Below are positions 29,010 to 38,986 of a DNA stretch of 64,000 bases, in pieces (position 1 is the stretch's first letter; every line of letters starts with the position of its first letter). Where the stretch lies: NCBI GenBank assembly GCA_034112345.1, contig JAWUVN010000036.1, positions 2,792-66,791 on the forward strand, read 5' to 3'. Position numbers and translations under genes: made by a program. This DNA is from Bermanella sp. (GTDB taxonomy: Bacteria; Pseudomonadota; Gammaproteobacteria; Pseudomonadales; Oceanobacteraceae). The notes under the pieces were generated by a model that worked only from the letters and a program-made list of their open reading frames with translations, was not told where the DNA came from and ran no database searches.

Positions 29010-29309
29010 TTAATTCAATATTGAATCAAACTTGATCATTTTTCCCGCAATGCGCTCGTAATCAATTTTGTATTCATTATTGGCCAGTGCTCCCTTGATT
29101 CGTTCAACGGTAGCATTATCGATATCGGGCATTTTTGCCACTTCAGCTTCAATTTGCTGAATCGATTTGCTCTGAGGGCTTAATTTCACCTCAGCATTGG
29201 TGGCCTTAACGCTGTCGCCAGATTGACTCTGGCCACTGCTGCTAGTCTTTTCAGTACTGCGGGGTTGCCCGCCACCACCGACACCGGTGGTTAATTTGTT
29301 TATGTTCAT
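29010..29309 (-). CDS. flgM: Anti-sigma28 factor FlgM
   Basis: 'VKLS', 'VERIKGALANNEYKIDYERIAGKM'. Confidence 0.92.
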   Translation of the reverse strand: MNINKLTTGVGGGGQPRSTEKTSSSGQSQSGDSVKATNAEVKLSPQSKSIQQIEAEVAKMPDIDNATVERIKGALANNEYKIDYERIAGKMIKFDSILN

Positions 29310-29350
29310 TTTCTTTACCTTCCACGCAAATGAGAGTTTCTCATAGGCCT

Positions 29351-29377
29351 ATAACGGCAGACATTCACTAGGCTTTA
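29351..29377 (-). promoter_or_regulatory. Sigma28 promoter of flgM
   Basis: TAAA-N15-GCCGTTAT on the minus strand. Confidence 0.8.
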
Positions 29378-29416
29378 GCTTTTTCATTAATTATTTTAAA
29401 AATAATCCATAAAATA

Positions 29417-30148
29417 TCAAAAATTGACTACCACAAGGCCAGAATCCACCACTCTGGCACGTACTATACGGTTTGAGCGAATATTCTTAACTCGTATTTG
29501 CTTGCCTTCACGACCGTCATTCATAGCTTCTCCGGGCATTTTGACACTCATTAGGCCTCTTTTAGCCATTATCACAACTCGATCCCCCTTATGTATGAGC
29601 AGGGCGGGTACAACTAGGTGACCATTTAAAACGGTTTCTCCAGAAAGGGCTCTTTTAGATTGTTTACCTATAACTAGGTCTTTCCTTAGAAAATAACCGC
29701 TTCTTAATTGGCTGATATTAATGTTTCTATACGCTAAATGATCAGCCCTTAAAGCAACACCACGTGATATGGGTTGATTTAATATCACGACTGACGTGAT
29801 TAAATTAATGTTTATGGGCACATTTAATGCCCAGGACTTCTTACCTTTACAGCTCACTTTAATTTGGCTGCGACCCAGTGAAAGAGTGTCAGGGGCGGGA
29901 ACATTTAATGCTTGAGTACATACTGCTAACGTTAATCGTGAATCTAATTGGTTGGTTTCAATCTTATATTCATATTTATCTAGGCCCATCTCTTTGGCCA
30001 TCGTCACTATTTTTTCACCAATAGTTTCTTGTATGCTTTGGCTTACCTGGTCTAAACCAGTTTCAGCCGCCACAGCAAGTGAATTTGCCCATGCAAATAA
30101 AATCCCAATAAAAACCCTGTGATTAACCAAAATTTGTCCTATTCTCAA
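29417..30148 (-). CDS. flgA: P-ring formation chaperone FlgA
   Basis: 'LDSRLTLAVC', SAF domain, 'GEAMNDGREGKQIRVKNIRSNRIV'; start codon uncertain (TTG). Confidence 0.92.
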   Translation of the reverse strand: MRIGQILVNHRVFIGILFAWANSLAVAAETGLDQVSQSIQETIGEKIVTMAKEMGLDKYEYKIETNQLDSRLTLAVCTQALNVPAPDTLSLGRSQIKVSCKGKKSWALNVPININLITSVVILNQPISRGVALRADHLAYRNINISQLRSGYFLRKDLVIGKQSKRALSGETVLNGHLVVPALLIHKGDRVVIMAKRGLMSVKMPGEAMNDGREGKQIRVKNIRSNRIVRARVVDSGLVVVNF

Positions 30149-30211
30149 ATAAGAAACAGTGCTGTCATGAAAATGGCGTTTTTAAATGCACTCACACCTT
30201 TATAGGCATAA

Positions 30212-30227
30212 TGCAATTGATGTGCCG
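30212..30227 (-). promoter_or_regulatory. Sigma54 promoter of flgA
   Basis: CGGCACATCAATTGCA (GG-N10-GC) on the minus strand. Confidence 0.75.
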
Positions 30228-30283
30228 TTGAAAAAGAGTATACAAATGCCAAGCCATTGGTATTTGTAATCTGGAGTTGATTC

Positions 30284-31222
30284 ATGGCAGGTATGTTAGA
30301 TTCCATTGATCAGAGAACACAGCTTGTTGGTGCAAACCGACTTGAACTGTTGCTGTTCCGTTTAAATGGGCCACCGGTTTACGGTATTAACGTATTTAAA
30401 GTGAAAGAAGTGCTGCAGTGCCCACCTTTAAGCATTTTGCCTAAAAGTCATAGAGTGGTAATTGGTGTTGCACATATTCGGTCTGGCACCATACCCATTA
30501 TTGATATGGGATTAGCAACTGGCAGTATTGCTGTGGGTGATCCTAAGTCTTGTTTTGTTATTATCACCGAATACAACGGAGCCACTCAGGGCTTTTTAGT
30601 CACAGGTGTAGAACGCATTGTGAATATGAACTGGGAAGAGATTCACCCGCCACCAAAGGGTACAGGTAAAGAACACTATTTAACCGCTGTAACAGAATTA
30701 GATAATCGAATCATTGAAATCATTGATGTTGAAAAAATATTATCTGAAGTTTCACCTATGGAAGAAACAATCAGCGAAGAGATACTTGAATCAGCAAGGC
30801 AAAATGCCACTGATGAAGCCCCTAGAGTATTGATTGCTGATGACTCTAAAATTGCACGTAAACAAGTGGTTAAATGCTTAGAAGCATTAGGTGTTGAAGT
30901 AACAGCAGTGTGTGATGGACGACAAGCATTAACACACTTACAAGAAATGGTTTCATCGGGAGTTAATCCAGCTGAATACTACTCAATGATGATATCTGAT
31001 ATTGAAATGCCTGAGATGGATGGATACACATTGACAACCGAAGTCAGAAGCGATCCAAAGATGAAGGATATGCACATCATATTACATACTTCATTAAGTG
31101 GTGTGTTTAATCAAAATATGGTTAAAAAAGTTGGAGCTGATGATTTTATTGCCAAATTCAATCCTGATGTTTTGGCATCTAAGGTCTCAGAACGAACAGC
31201 GGCCTTTAAGGCAGGTTCATAA
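30284..31222 (+). CDS. cheV: Chemotaxis protein CheV
   Basis: 'RTQLVGANRLELLLF', CheW domain plus receiver (ADDS, SDIEMPEMDG). Confidence 0.96.
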   Translation: MAGMLDSIDQRTQLVGANRLELLLFRLNGPPVYGINVFKVKEVLQCPPLSILPKSHRVVIGVAHIRSGTIPIIDMGLATGSIAVGDPKSCFVIITEYNGATQGFLVTGVERIVNMNWEEIHPPPKGTGKEHYLTAVTELDNRIIEIIDVEKILSEVSPMEETISEEILESARQNATDEAPRVLIADDSKIARKQVVKCLEALGVEVTAVCDGRQALTHLQEMVSSGVNPAEYYSMMISDIEMPEMDGYTLTTEVRSDPKMKDMHIILHTSLSGVFNQNMVKKVGADDFIAKFNPDVLASKVSERTAAFKAGS

Positions 31223-31262
31223 ATGTTGATGGAATTTAGTTTGATCCTTATGGATATAATAA

Positions 31263-32072
31263 ATGGAAATTAGCAAGTCCGACTTTGTCATGTTTCGTGA
31301 TTTCCTTGAGCGTGTTTGCGGAATATTACTAAGTGATAATAAGGAGTATCTAGTCGCCAGTCGATTACGAAACATAATGAAAGATAAAGAATTAACATCT
31401 TTATCTGCGCTTGTTAAAATAATTGAAAGTGACACGCGCTTAAGAGAACAAGTGATTGATGCCATGACCACTAACGAAACCCTTTGGTTTCGTGACTCCC
31501 ACCCCTTTAAAATCCTTGAAGATAAATTATTACCTGAACTCACGGCTAAGCAGAGTAGCATTGATATCTGGTGTGCCGCTTCCTCTACTGGGCAAGAGCC
31601 TTACTCTATTAGTATGATTCTTGAAGAATACAAACGCAGTCATCCGGGTAAAATACGTTCTGAAAAAATAATGGCTACAGATATTTCAAGCAGCGCCCTA
31701 GAAATAGCCCGAGGAGGGTTATACGACCAATTAGCACTGGGTCGGGGTATGCCTAAAGATTTACTAGATCGCTATTTTAAAAGCACCGACGATGGCTGGC
31801 GAATAGACCCTGCTATTGCTAAGAAAGTGCAATATAGAATGTTAAACCTTTTAAACTCTTATACATTATTGGGTCAATACGATCTTGTATTTTGCCGTAA
31901 CGTATTGATCTATTTTTCAAGTGAATTGAAAAAAGACATCTTAACTCGCATACATGGGCAGTTAAAACCCGGTGGCTATGTTTTATTAGGAGCCAGTGAA
32001 GCGCTAAGTGATCTTGGTGACTTGTACGAAATGGTGCAATGCAGCCCAGGCATTATTTACCGCAAAAAGTAG
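31263..32072 (+). CDS. cheR: Chemotaxis methyltransferase CheR
   Basis: 'TTNETLWFRD', 'WCAASSTGQEPYS', 'FCRNVLIYF'. Confidence 0.96.
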   Translation: MEISKSDFVMFRDFLERVCGILLSDNKEYLVASRLRNIMKDKELTSLSALVKIIESDTRLREQVIDAMTTNETLWFRDSHPFKILEDKLLPELTAKQSSIDIWCAASSTGQEPYSISMILEEYKRSHPGKIRSEKIMATDISSSALEIARGGLYDQLALGRGMPKDLLDRYFKSTDDGWRIDPAIAKKVQYRMLNLLNSYTLLGQYDLVFCRNVLIYFSSELKKDILTRIHGQLKPGGYVLLGASEALSDLGDLYEMVQCSPGIIYRKK

Positions 32073-32182
32073 CGCTGGCTATACCTTCTTGATAAGGCCC
32101 GTTCTGGGCCGTACTTTCTTAAACAGTTATGTATTTAAAAACATCCCCACATCGTTTTTTATGATTCCGCTTTTCCCTTTAA

Positions 32183-32268
32183 CGGCAAGTGTTGCCGCTT
32201 TAAAAATTCCTATTATCCCTCTAAGCCTTTGAAATATAAGGATATTTAATGTTGGCATAGTGGTTGCT
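32183..32268 (+). promoter_or_regulatory. Sigma54 promoter of flgB with upstream CGGCAA-N3-TTGCCG enhancer
   Basis: TGGCATAGTGGTTGCT at 32253-32268; palindrome at 32183-32197. Confidence 0.8.
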
Positions 32269-32303
32269 CTATCTAAATTAAATAATTAATAGGTAGGTGT
32301 CAC

Positions 32304-32696
32304 ATGTCGGCATTAGGGTTTAAAAATTCGTTAGGTATTCACCCTCAGACTTTGCAACTTCGTGCATCTCGTGCAGAAGTATTAGCGAATAATTTAGCCA
32401 ACAGTGACACGCCTAACTTCAAAGCACGAGATTTTGACTTTCAAGCCATGCTAGATGCAGAAAGCCGTCGTTCATTAAGTATGAATGTCACCAGCGAAAA
32501 ACATCAGCGCGGTACAGTTGATACGGACTCTGATTTGTTATTTCGTAATCCTTATCAACCATCAATTGATGGCAATACAGTAGACAGTCAAATGGAGCAA
32601 TCTTTTTATACTGAGAATGCACTTCGTTATAACTCATCCTTTCAGTTTTTAAACGGTAAGTTTAAAGGGTTGAAAGAAGCCATTTCTGGCCAATAA
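32304..32696 (+). CDS. flgB: Basal-body rod protein FlgB
   Basis: 'LANNLANSDTPNFKARD', 'DGNTVD'. Confidence 0.97.
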   Translation: MSALGFKNSLGIHPQTLQLRASRAEVLANNLANSDTPNFKARDFDFQAMLDAESRRSLSMNVTSEKHQRGTVDTDSDLLFRNPYQPSIDGNTVDSQMEQSFYTENALRYNSSFQFLNGKFKGLKEAISGQ

Positions 32697-32716
32697 TAAA
32701 AACTGGAGAATAAGTT

Positions 32717-33163
32717 ATGTCACTAACTAATGTATTTAATATTGCCGGAACTGGAATGAATGCACAGTCCATTCGTTTGAATACCACGGCCAGTAACATA
32801 GCCAACGCTGAAACTGTGAGTTCAAGCATTGATGAAACTTACAAAGCTCGTAAGCCTTGGTTTCAGGTGCTTGAAAAGCAATGGGACGATGTAGATGGAT
32901 TGAATCGTAAATTAGATGTGCGATCACAAATAGGCGACGGCGTAAAAATAGCGGGCATTGTAGAAAGTGATGCACCATTACAAAAACGATTTCAGCCACA
33001 TCATCCAATGGCTGATGAAGAGGGTTATGTTTTATACCCTAACGTCAACATAGTTGAAGAAATGACTGACATGATGTCGTCTTCTAGAAGCTATCAAATG
33101 AATGTTGAAGTTATGAAAACGGCCAAGCAAATGTTGCAACGTACGCTCACATTGGGTCAGTAG
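32717..33163 (+). CDS. flgC: Basal-body rod protein FlgC
   Basis: 'RLNTTASNIANAE', 'PHHPMADEEGYV.YPNVN'. Confidence 0.97.
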   Translation: MSLTNVFNIAGTGMNAQSIRLNTTASNIANAETVSSSIDETYKARKPWFQVLEKQWDDVDGLNRKLDVRSQIGDGVKIAGIVESDAPLQKRFQPHHPMADEEGYVLYPNVNIVEEMTDMMSSSRSYQMNVEVMKTAKQMLQRTLTLGQ

Positions 33164-33222
33164 GGGTTAAAAATGAAAAAAATATTTAAAAACGTAACCC
33201 TGAAAATAGGGAGCATTAAATA

Positions 33223-34014
33223 ATGTCAGACATTACCGCTATCGGTACCACTCAAACGGCCTTGGATCAATATTCAGAAGCATCAAATTCTGAAGAGGCG
33301 AAGACGAATGAGTTAGGCCGCAACGAATTTATGGAGTTGTTGGTTGCTCAAATGAACAATCAAAACCCATTAGAACCGCAAGAAAATACTGAGTTTATCG
33401 CTCAACTTGCACAATTTAGCCAAGTTGAAGGCACAGAGACTTTAAACGCAACCGTATCTGATATGGCTGGAGACTTGCGATCAAGTCAAGCGCTTCAAGC
33501 GTCGTCAATGGTTGGGCAATCAGTGGTTGTGCCTGGTAATGAATATGGTTTTTTACAAAGTGGCGACTTGATTGCTGGTTATGCAGAAGTGCCCGCGACA
33601 ACGGCCAATCTTTCCATACAAATTCAATCTCGAGCCGGTCAAACATTAGAAACGATTAGTTTAGGCCAGCACGACCAAGGGCCCGTGTCTTTTCGTTGGG
33701 ACGGTGCAAATTTAGAGATGGATGGTGAGATAGTTGAGATAGATAGCAGTTTATTAAACCGACAAGAAGTATTAACGGATAGTGAAGGCAACCCTGTATT
33801 GGATGCCAATGGTGCCACTATCGCGTCACCCTACCCAGCAGGGGAATATAAATTTGTTGTATCAGCATCCATTGATGGAAGTAACGAGGGGCTGGATACG
33901 GCGATGAGTGGAAAAGTCGACAGTGTGACAATTGGTACTGGTTCATCTGTGACATTAAATTTAGCGGGCGGAACAAAAGCCGCACTGAGTGATGTAAAAC
34001 AAATTTTAGAGTGA
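33223..34014 (+). CDS. flgD: Hook capping protein FlgD
   Basis: 'FMELLVAQMNNQNPLEP', 'QLAQFS', 'FRWDG'. Confidence 0.95.
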   Translation: MSDITAIGTTQTALDQYSEASNSEEAKTNELGRNEFMELLVAQMNNQNPLEPQENTEFIAQLAQFSQVEGTETLNATVSDMAGDLRSSQALQASSMVGQSVVVPGNEYGFLQSGDLIAGYAEVPATTANLSIQIQSRAGQTLETISLGQHDQGPVSFRWDGANLEMDGEIVEIDSSLLNRQEVLTDSEGNPVLDANGATIASPYPAGEYKFVVSASIDGSNEGLDTAMSGKVDSVTIGTGSSVTLNLAGGTKAALSDVKQILE

Positions 34015-34125
34015 CCAAATTTTAGAGCGACAGTCGCTATTTCAAATAGCACTAAAAAATGAATTTAAACCATATATAAATACTGGTAACAGTATTTAAA
34101 AAGAATTGATCAGAGGTAAATAGTT

Positions 34126-37100
34126 ATGGCGTTTAATATAGGCTTAAGTGGTATTAGAGCTGCATCGGTCGACTTAGAAGTTACCGGTAACAACGTGGCC
34201 AATGCCAGTACAGTGGGTTTTAAAGAATCCCGAGCTGAATTTGCAGATGTGTATACATCTAGCATATTGGGCACAGGCACCAAGCCAGTGGGCAGTGGTG
34301 TGTTAGTGGATAACGTTAGGCAAGAATTTAGTCAAGGTAATATCAGCGGAACAGAAAACGCAGTAGATATGGCCATAGACGGCACCGGTTTTTTTGTACT
34401 CAATGATAACGGCACAGAATCTTACACTCGTGCAGGGTATTTTAGTTTAGATAAAGACGGTTTTGTGGTTACCAATAGCGGTGCACGTTTACAGGGATAT
34501 GAAGCTAATGGAGATGGGGTTGTAAATGGCGTATTGGATGACTTGCAAATCATTATTGGCAACCAACCGCCTGCGCTGACATCAAGAATGTCATCCATAT
34601 TAAATTTGGATGCGTCTGAGTTAGTGAAGCAAGAGTTGGGTCAAACCATGACCAGTGGCGGGTTAGCCATTGCAACACCGGATGCTGGGATTTCTGATAG
34701 CACCTCGAGTATTCACGCAACTACTGGGCAACCAACCACAGCTGGCACACAGGCGGCTTATACGTTTACTTTGGATATGCAGGGGTTAGCTGGGTTCACA
34801 GATGGAACCGCGGCAGACCCGGGTCCTTTTAGTATTGATGTTGATCCACTTGATGGAACAGGTGTTCAAACCATTACTGTACTAGCAGGTGACATCACCG
34901 TAAACGCTGCCAGTGGTGCAGACACATTAAATAGTACTATCAATACGCTGCAATCGGCATTTGATACAGCGTTTGGCAATAATGAATTTGAAATCAGCAC
35001 CTCACCAGAGGTGACTGATCCAATTACAGTGGGCACGGTTTTGGTGATCGAGCGGGCAGGTTTTGATGCAACGGCCGGAATGGGCTTTTCAGCTTCAGCT
35101 TCTGATGCCGCATGGGATGCCGCATTTGGCGTCCCCGGTGCTGCAACACAAACAGTCGGTATCGCCGGTAATAGTTTATTTGTAGGTTCCACACCCATAA
35201 CAGCCGATTTTACCAGTGTGCCTGGTACGTCTACGACTACGCGAACCACCTCTACACCGCCGTTAAATATGACCAGTTATGTGGCGGGTGATCATGCGCT
35301 TTTAACTTCAACGGTGCCTACTGGCTCAAATATTGGTGATTACAGTGGGGCTAATACGCTTGTATTTGATATTGAAGCAACCGATGTAGACGGCACCACT
35401 GTCACTCAAACCATTACTTTAAATAATACGATGACCGCAGTCGACCTTGCCAATGTCACCATTGATGAAGTGCAAACAGAAATAGCGGCGCAAGTTGCAG
35501 GTGGTGCATTGAATACATTGGTGGCAGTGGGCGGACCACCATTATCGATTACCGGTAGCATGGCGGATAACGGCGATACAGTGACCCTTGTTCCTGACAG
35601 TTCCAGTGTAACTTATGATTTAAGCAATTTAGGCTTTGCATCAACGAATAGAGCCTCTTCAGGTACCGCTGATATAGATGCGAATAACTCATTTGTGATA
35701 CAAGTTATTGGACCGGCAGGTGCGGGGGAAGATTCAAACGTATACACATTGACAATTCCAGATAGTAATTACGCCACGTTAGATGATTTGGCGGCCGCCA
35801 TGCAAACTGAAATAGATATACGCACAGGTGCTAATGGTCTGGCTGGTCGTGTAACGGTTGATGCAGTCGGCGGGCAACTTGTTTTTACAAATGAAGAGGT
35901 GGGAGCGGGTTACGAGATAGCCTTTACGGCATCGGGTGCCGCGCCAGAAGCACTTGCCGCCCTAGAATTAGATAATCCAACTGTATTTTTAGGCACAGAT
36001 ACGGTTGATCGCACGAATTCTTTCCGCCTTACATTGACGGTACCTGCTCCGGATGAAGATGGGCGTTCAGGCACCACCACCATTTCTTTGGATGAAGAAT
36101 TTAGAAGTGTCCAGCAAGTAGCGGCATCCATTAACCGCCAAATAAGCTCGCTAGATTCAGATGCGTATATTGGCATACGCGCCGAAGCGTTAGAGATTGA
36201 GCCTAACGTGGTACCACCAGAATATAAATTGCAATTTGTGGCCACAGAAGAAGGCGAAGCATCTGTCATTTCAGTTTCCGATTTTCAAGCCATTGGTGCT
36301 GATATAACAGCGGAGGAGATGTACGGGTTAATCCAAATTGATGAAGACGATACCGCTTTATTAACACAGGGCATTGAAGGGGTGACCAATGAGTACCCTG
36401 CACAAAGTGTGTTGTTAACCGATCCAGATGGTAACGAAGTCACCATTGAAACAGATGAAGACGCTGAGGCAAATGAAATAGCCAGTATTTTCAATCGACA
36501 GGCGGGCATAACCGCATCGGCCTCTTCAACGGCGACCATATCGTTAAGCGGGTACAATAATCCCGGCAATAACATGACGATGTTTTTAAATGGCCAGGAG
36601 TTAGTCGCCACCAGTTTGACTGAAATAGCGGAAGAAATTAATGCGTATTCCGTCACTACGCTCCCAGGAACCTCAGCAGAAATAGATGCTGACACTGGAG
36701 ATCTGACGATTAATAACAGCATTGGTCGAGATATTAAAATTCAAATAAGCTCACCGACTTCGACCGATAGTATTGTGGTCACTGGTTCATCAAATGCTGG
36801 GCCTGTGGTATTAGGCGGTACAGTTACCGCTGATACGGCCGCGGTAGTGGGTGGCAGTATTGATTTTGTATTAAACGAAGGTTACACATTAAGTAATCCA
36901 CTTCCTTCTATTTCGGGTGTAATGGGTGCATTAGATGACTCAGAATTTTCCGATTACGTGATTAACAGTTTTGATCCCGATGACCAAAATACGTATAACC
37001 ACGCGACTTCAACCACCATTTATGACAGCTTGGGGAATAGCCATGTTATGAGTCAGTTCTTTGTAAAAGAACCGTTGGATTCAAGTCGACCAAATGAAGA

Positions 37101-37803
37101 AAATTTATGGGCTATGTACATACAGATAGACGGTAACGATGTTGGTGATCCTGATGTGACCTTATCATTTCCTGAAAATTTAGAGCCTACTTCAGCCCGT
37201 TATGAATTATTTTTTAATTCAGACGGTACATTCGATATGGATGCTACCGGAGATTTGCACGTTACAAATTGGGACCCTGTTGATGAAGAAGGGGCTCCGA
37301 CCGGTTCGCTTAAATCACTGAATGTATTAGAAGGCGGATTACCGTTAACTGAACCAGCCACTAACTCAAATTTTGAAATTGTATTAGATGGATCAACTCA
37401 ATTTGGCAGTTCGTTCAGTGTCAGTGAAGTGAATCAAGATGGATACACCACGGGCCGATTAACAGGATTAGAAATCGATACTGATGGATTTATGTTTGCA
37501 CGATTCACTAATGGTCAGGCTGAGGTACTGGGGCAAGTGGCTCTGGCGTCATTTAAAAACCCAGAAGGACTTGTAGCGTTAGGGGATACCGCATGGGGTG
37601 AATCGTTTGAATCCGGTGTCGCAACCGTAGGGTCGCCAAGGACAGGCTCGTTTGGTAATTTGATATCATCAGCGTTAGAGGATTCTAACGTGGATTTATC
37701 AGAAGAGCTGGTGGGTTTAATCATCGCACAGCGGAATTTCCAAGCCAGTGCAAAAACCATTGAAACATCAGATACCGTGACGCAAACCATTATTCAGCTT
37801 TAA
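34126..37803 (+). CDS. flgE: Flagellar hook protein FlgE, giant (1225 aa)
   Basis: Conserved N-term 'GNNVANASTVGFKESR', 'YTRAG.F', 'TTIYDSLGNSH', C-term 'LEDSNVDLSEELVGLIIAQRNFQA'; ~770-aa central insertion. Confidence 0.95.
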   Translation: MAFNIGLSGIRAASVDLEVTGNNVANASTVGFKESRAEFADVYTSSILGTGTKPVGSGVLVDNVRQEFSQGNISGTENAVDMAIDGTGFFVLNDNGTESYTRAGYFSLDKDGFVVTNSGARLQGYEANGDGVVNGVLDDLQIIIGNQPPALTSRMSSILNLDASELVKQELGQTMTSGGLAIATPDAGISDSTSSIHATTGQPTTAGTQAAYTFTLDMQGLAGFTDGTAADPGPFSIDVDPLDGTGVQTITVLAGDITVNAASGADTLNSTINTLQSAFDTAFGNNEFEISTSPEVTDPITVGTVLVIERAGFDATAGMGFSASASDAAWDAAFGVPGAATQTVGIAGNSLFVGSTPITADFTSVPGTSTTTRTTSTPPLNMTSYVAGDHALLTSTVPTGSNIGDYSGANTLVFDIEATDVDGTTVTQTITLNNTMTAVDLANVTIDEVQTEIAAQVAGGALNTLVAVGGPPLSITGSMADNGDTVTLVPDSSSVTYDLSNLGFASTNRASSGTADIDANNSFVIQVIGPAGAGEDSNVYTLTIPDSNYATLDDLAAAMQTEIDIRTGANGLAGRVTVDAVGGQLVFTNEEVGAGYEIAFTASGAAPEALAALELDNPTVFLGTDTVDRTNSFRLTLTVPAPDEDGRSGTTTISLDEEFRSVQQVAASINRQISSLDSDAYIGIRAEALEIEPNVVPPEYKLQFVATEEGEASVISVSDFQAIGADITAEEMYGLIQIDEDDTALLTQGIEGVTNEYPAQSVLLTDPDGNEVTIETDEDAEANEIASIFNRQAGITASASSTATISLSGYNNPGNNMTMFLNGQELVATSLTEIAEEINAYSVTTLPGTSAEIDADTGDLTINNSIGRDIKIQISSPTSTDSIVVTGSSNAGPVVLGGTVTADTAAVVGGSIDFVLNEGYTLSNPLPSISGVMGALDDSEFSDYVINSFDPDDQNTYNHATSTTIYDSLGNSHVMSQFFVKEPLDSSRPNEENLWAMYIQIDGNDVGDPDVTLSFPENLEPTSARYELFFNSDGTFDMDATGDLHVTNWDPVDEEGAPTGSLKSLNVLEGGLPLTEPATNSNFEIVLDGSTQFGSSFSVSEVNQDGYTTGRLTGLEIDTDGFMFARFTNGQAEVLGQVALASFKNPEGLVALGDTAWGESFESGVATVGSPRTGSFGNLISSALEDSNVDLSEELVGLIIAQRNFQASAKTIETSDTVTQTIIQL

Positions 37804-37821
37804 TGAATAAACGGAATATTG

Positions 37822-37888
37822 GTTAGAGTTTACTTGTAAGCGAATAAAAAATAGCTTCCCAGGAAGCGATCGCCTGCAAGTACGCTTC
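37822..37888. repeat. Degenerate REP-like hairpins (..GAGC-stem-GCGAW type)
   Basis: GTTAGAGTTTACTTGTAAGCGAAT, AGCTTCCCAGGAAGCGAT and inverted ATCGCCTGCAAGTACGCTTC. Confidence 0.4.
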
Positions 37889-38037
37889 GGCCGAAAAAAT
37901 ATGCTTTGTATCAGTACAGGCCCATTGACCATTTAATAGGCGGCGCCTTGCCGCTTTACCAAAATTTGTAACCAGCACACAAACAATCTGTCTATATATT
38001 CCAGCTTAACCCTTATGATCAATGAGTTTTAAGCAGT

Positions 38038-38053
38038 TGGCATCTCCTTTGCA
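38038..38053 (+). promoter_or_regulatory. Sigma54 promoter of flgF operon
   Basis: TGGCATCTCCTTTGCA; TTGCCGCTTT motifs at 37948 and 38085. Confidence 0.8.
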
Positions 38054-38107
38054 ATTCATACTAATAATATAAATGAAATCAGAATTGCCGCTTTTTAGGA
38101 GGCTCAT

Positions 38108-38856
38108 ATGGATCGCGCACTCTACATCGCCATGTCAGGGGCCAAGCAAAATACCCTTGGCCAAGTCGCTGAATCAAATAATTTAGCCAATGTGTCTACC
38201 ACAGGTTTTCGTCGTGACTTTGAACAAGCGCGATCAATGCCGGTGTTTGGTGATCATTACCCAACACGTGCATATGCATTAGAAGAACGCCCAGCCAGTG
38301 ATTTTAATCCAGGCACATTAATTCACACAGGCCGAGATTTAGATTAGCCATTGAAAACCAAGGTTGGTTTGCTGTTCAAGATAGCAATGGAGAAGAAGCC
38401 TACACTCGCCGTGGCGATTTACGCGTTGACCAATTTGGGCGAATGATTAATGGAGACGGATTACAGTTAATGGGCACAGCGGGTCCAGTTGTGATTCCTC
38501 CATTTGAAAAAATGACAGTCTCTGGTAATGGCACCATTTCTATACAGGCAGCGGGTGATGAACCAGCCGTGGTCGCCGATATTGTGAATCTAAAATTAGT
38601 GAATCCAGATCTAAGTAATATGGAAAAAGGAGAGGATGGGTTGTTCAGGTTACGTGACCAGCAACTGGGAGATGTCCAACTAGCTGATCCAACTGTATTT
38701 GTTGAACAAGGTCATTTAGAACACAGTAATGTGAATGCGGTGCAATCATTAACACAAATTATGGCCTTGCATCGTCAATACGAAATGCAAGTAAAAATGA
38801 TGGCCCCTGTGGATGAAAACGCACAAACAACGGCTCAGATTATGGATATTCAATAA
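38108..38856 (+). pseudogene. flgF: Basal-body rod protein FlgF, frameshifted near 38344 (1-bp deletion or sequencing error)
   Basis: 5' ORF ends 'TGRDLD*'; the next frame continues 'AIENQGWFAVQDSNGEEAYTRRGDL' through 'LEHSNVNAV...RQYEMQVKMM'. Confidence 0.9.
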
Positions 38857-38986
38857 TGATAAGCATAACGAGTTTAATTAATTGTTTGACCAAAATGTTA
38901 ATCGAAGAAATAAAATTTATTCAACATACAATACGTAATTCAAACAGTGTGAACATGTTGTACACATTGTTTGAGGGAGCATAATT

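Noticed and set aside
30205-30231. Sigma28 promoter for cheV
   Set aside because: GCCGTTGA resembles a -10 but there is no TAAA -35 at the right spacing; the site is explained by the opposite-strand sigma54 promoter of flgA
34004-34030. TTTTAGAG(C/T) resembling the start of type II CRISPR repeats
   Set aside because: Just a 16-bp tandem duplication with no spacer and no cas genes
34866-37790. Several antisense ORFs of 90-145 aa inside flgE (likewise inside fliC and other genes)
   Set aside because: Shadow frames caused by codon bias of the sense gene; no RBS or motif support
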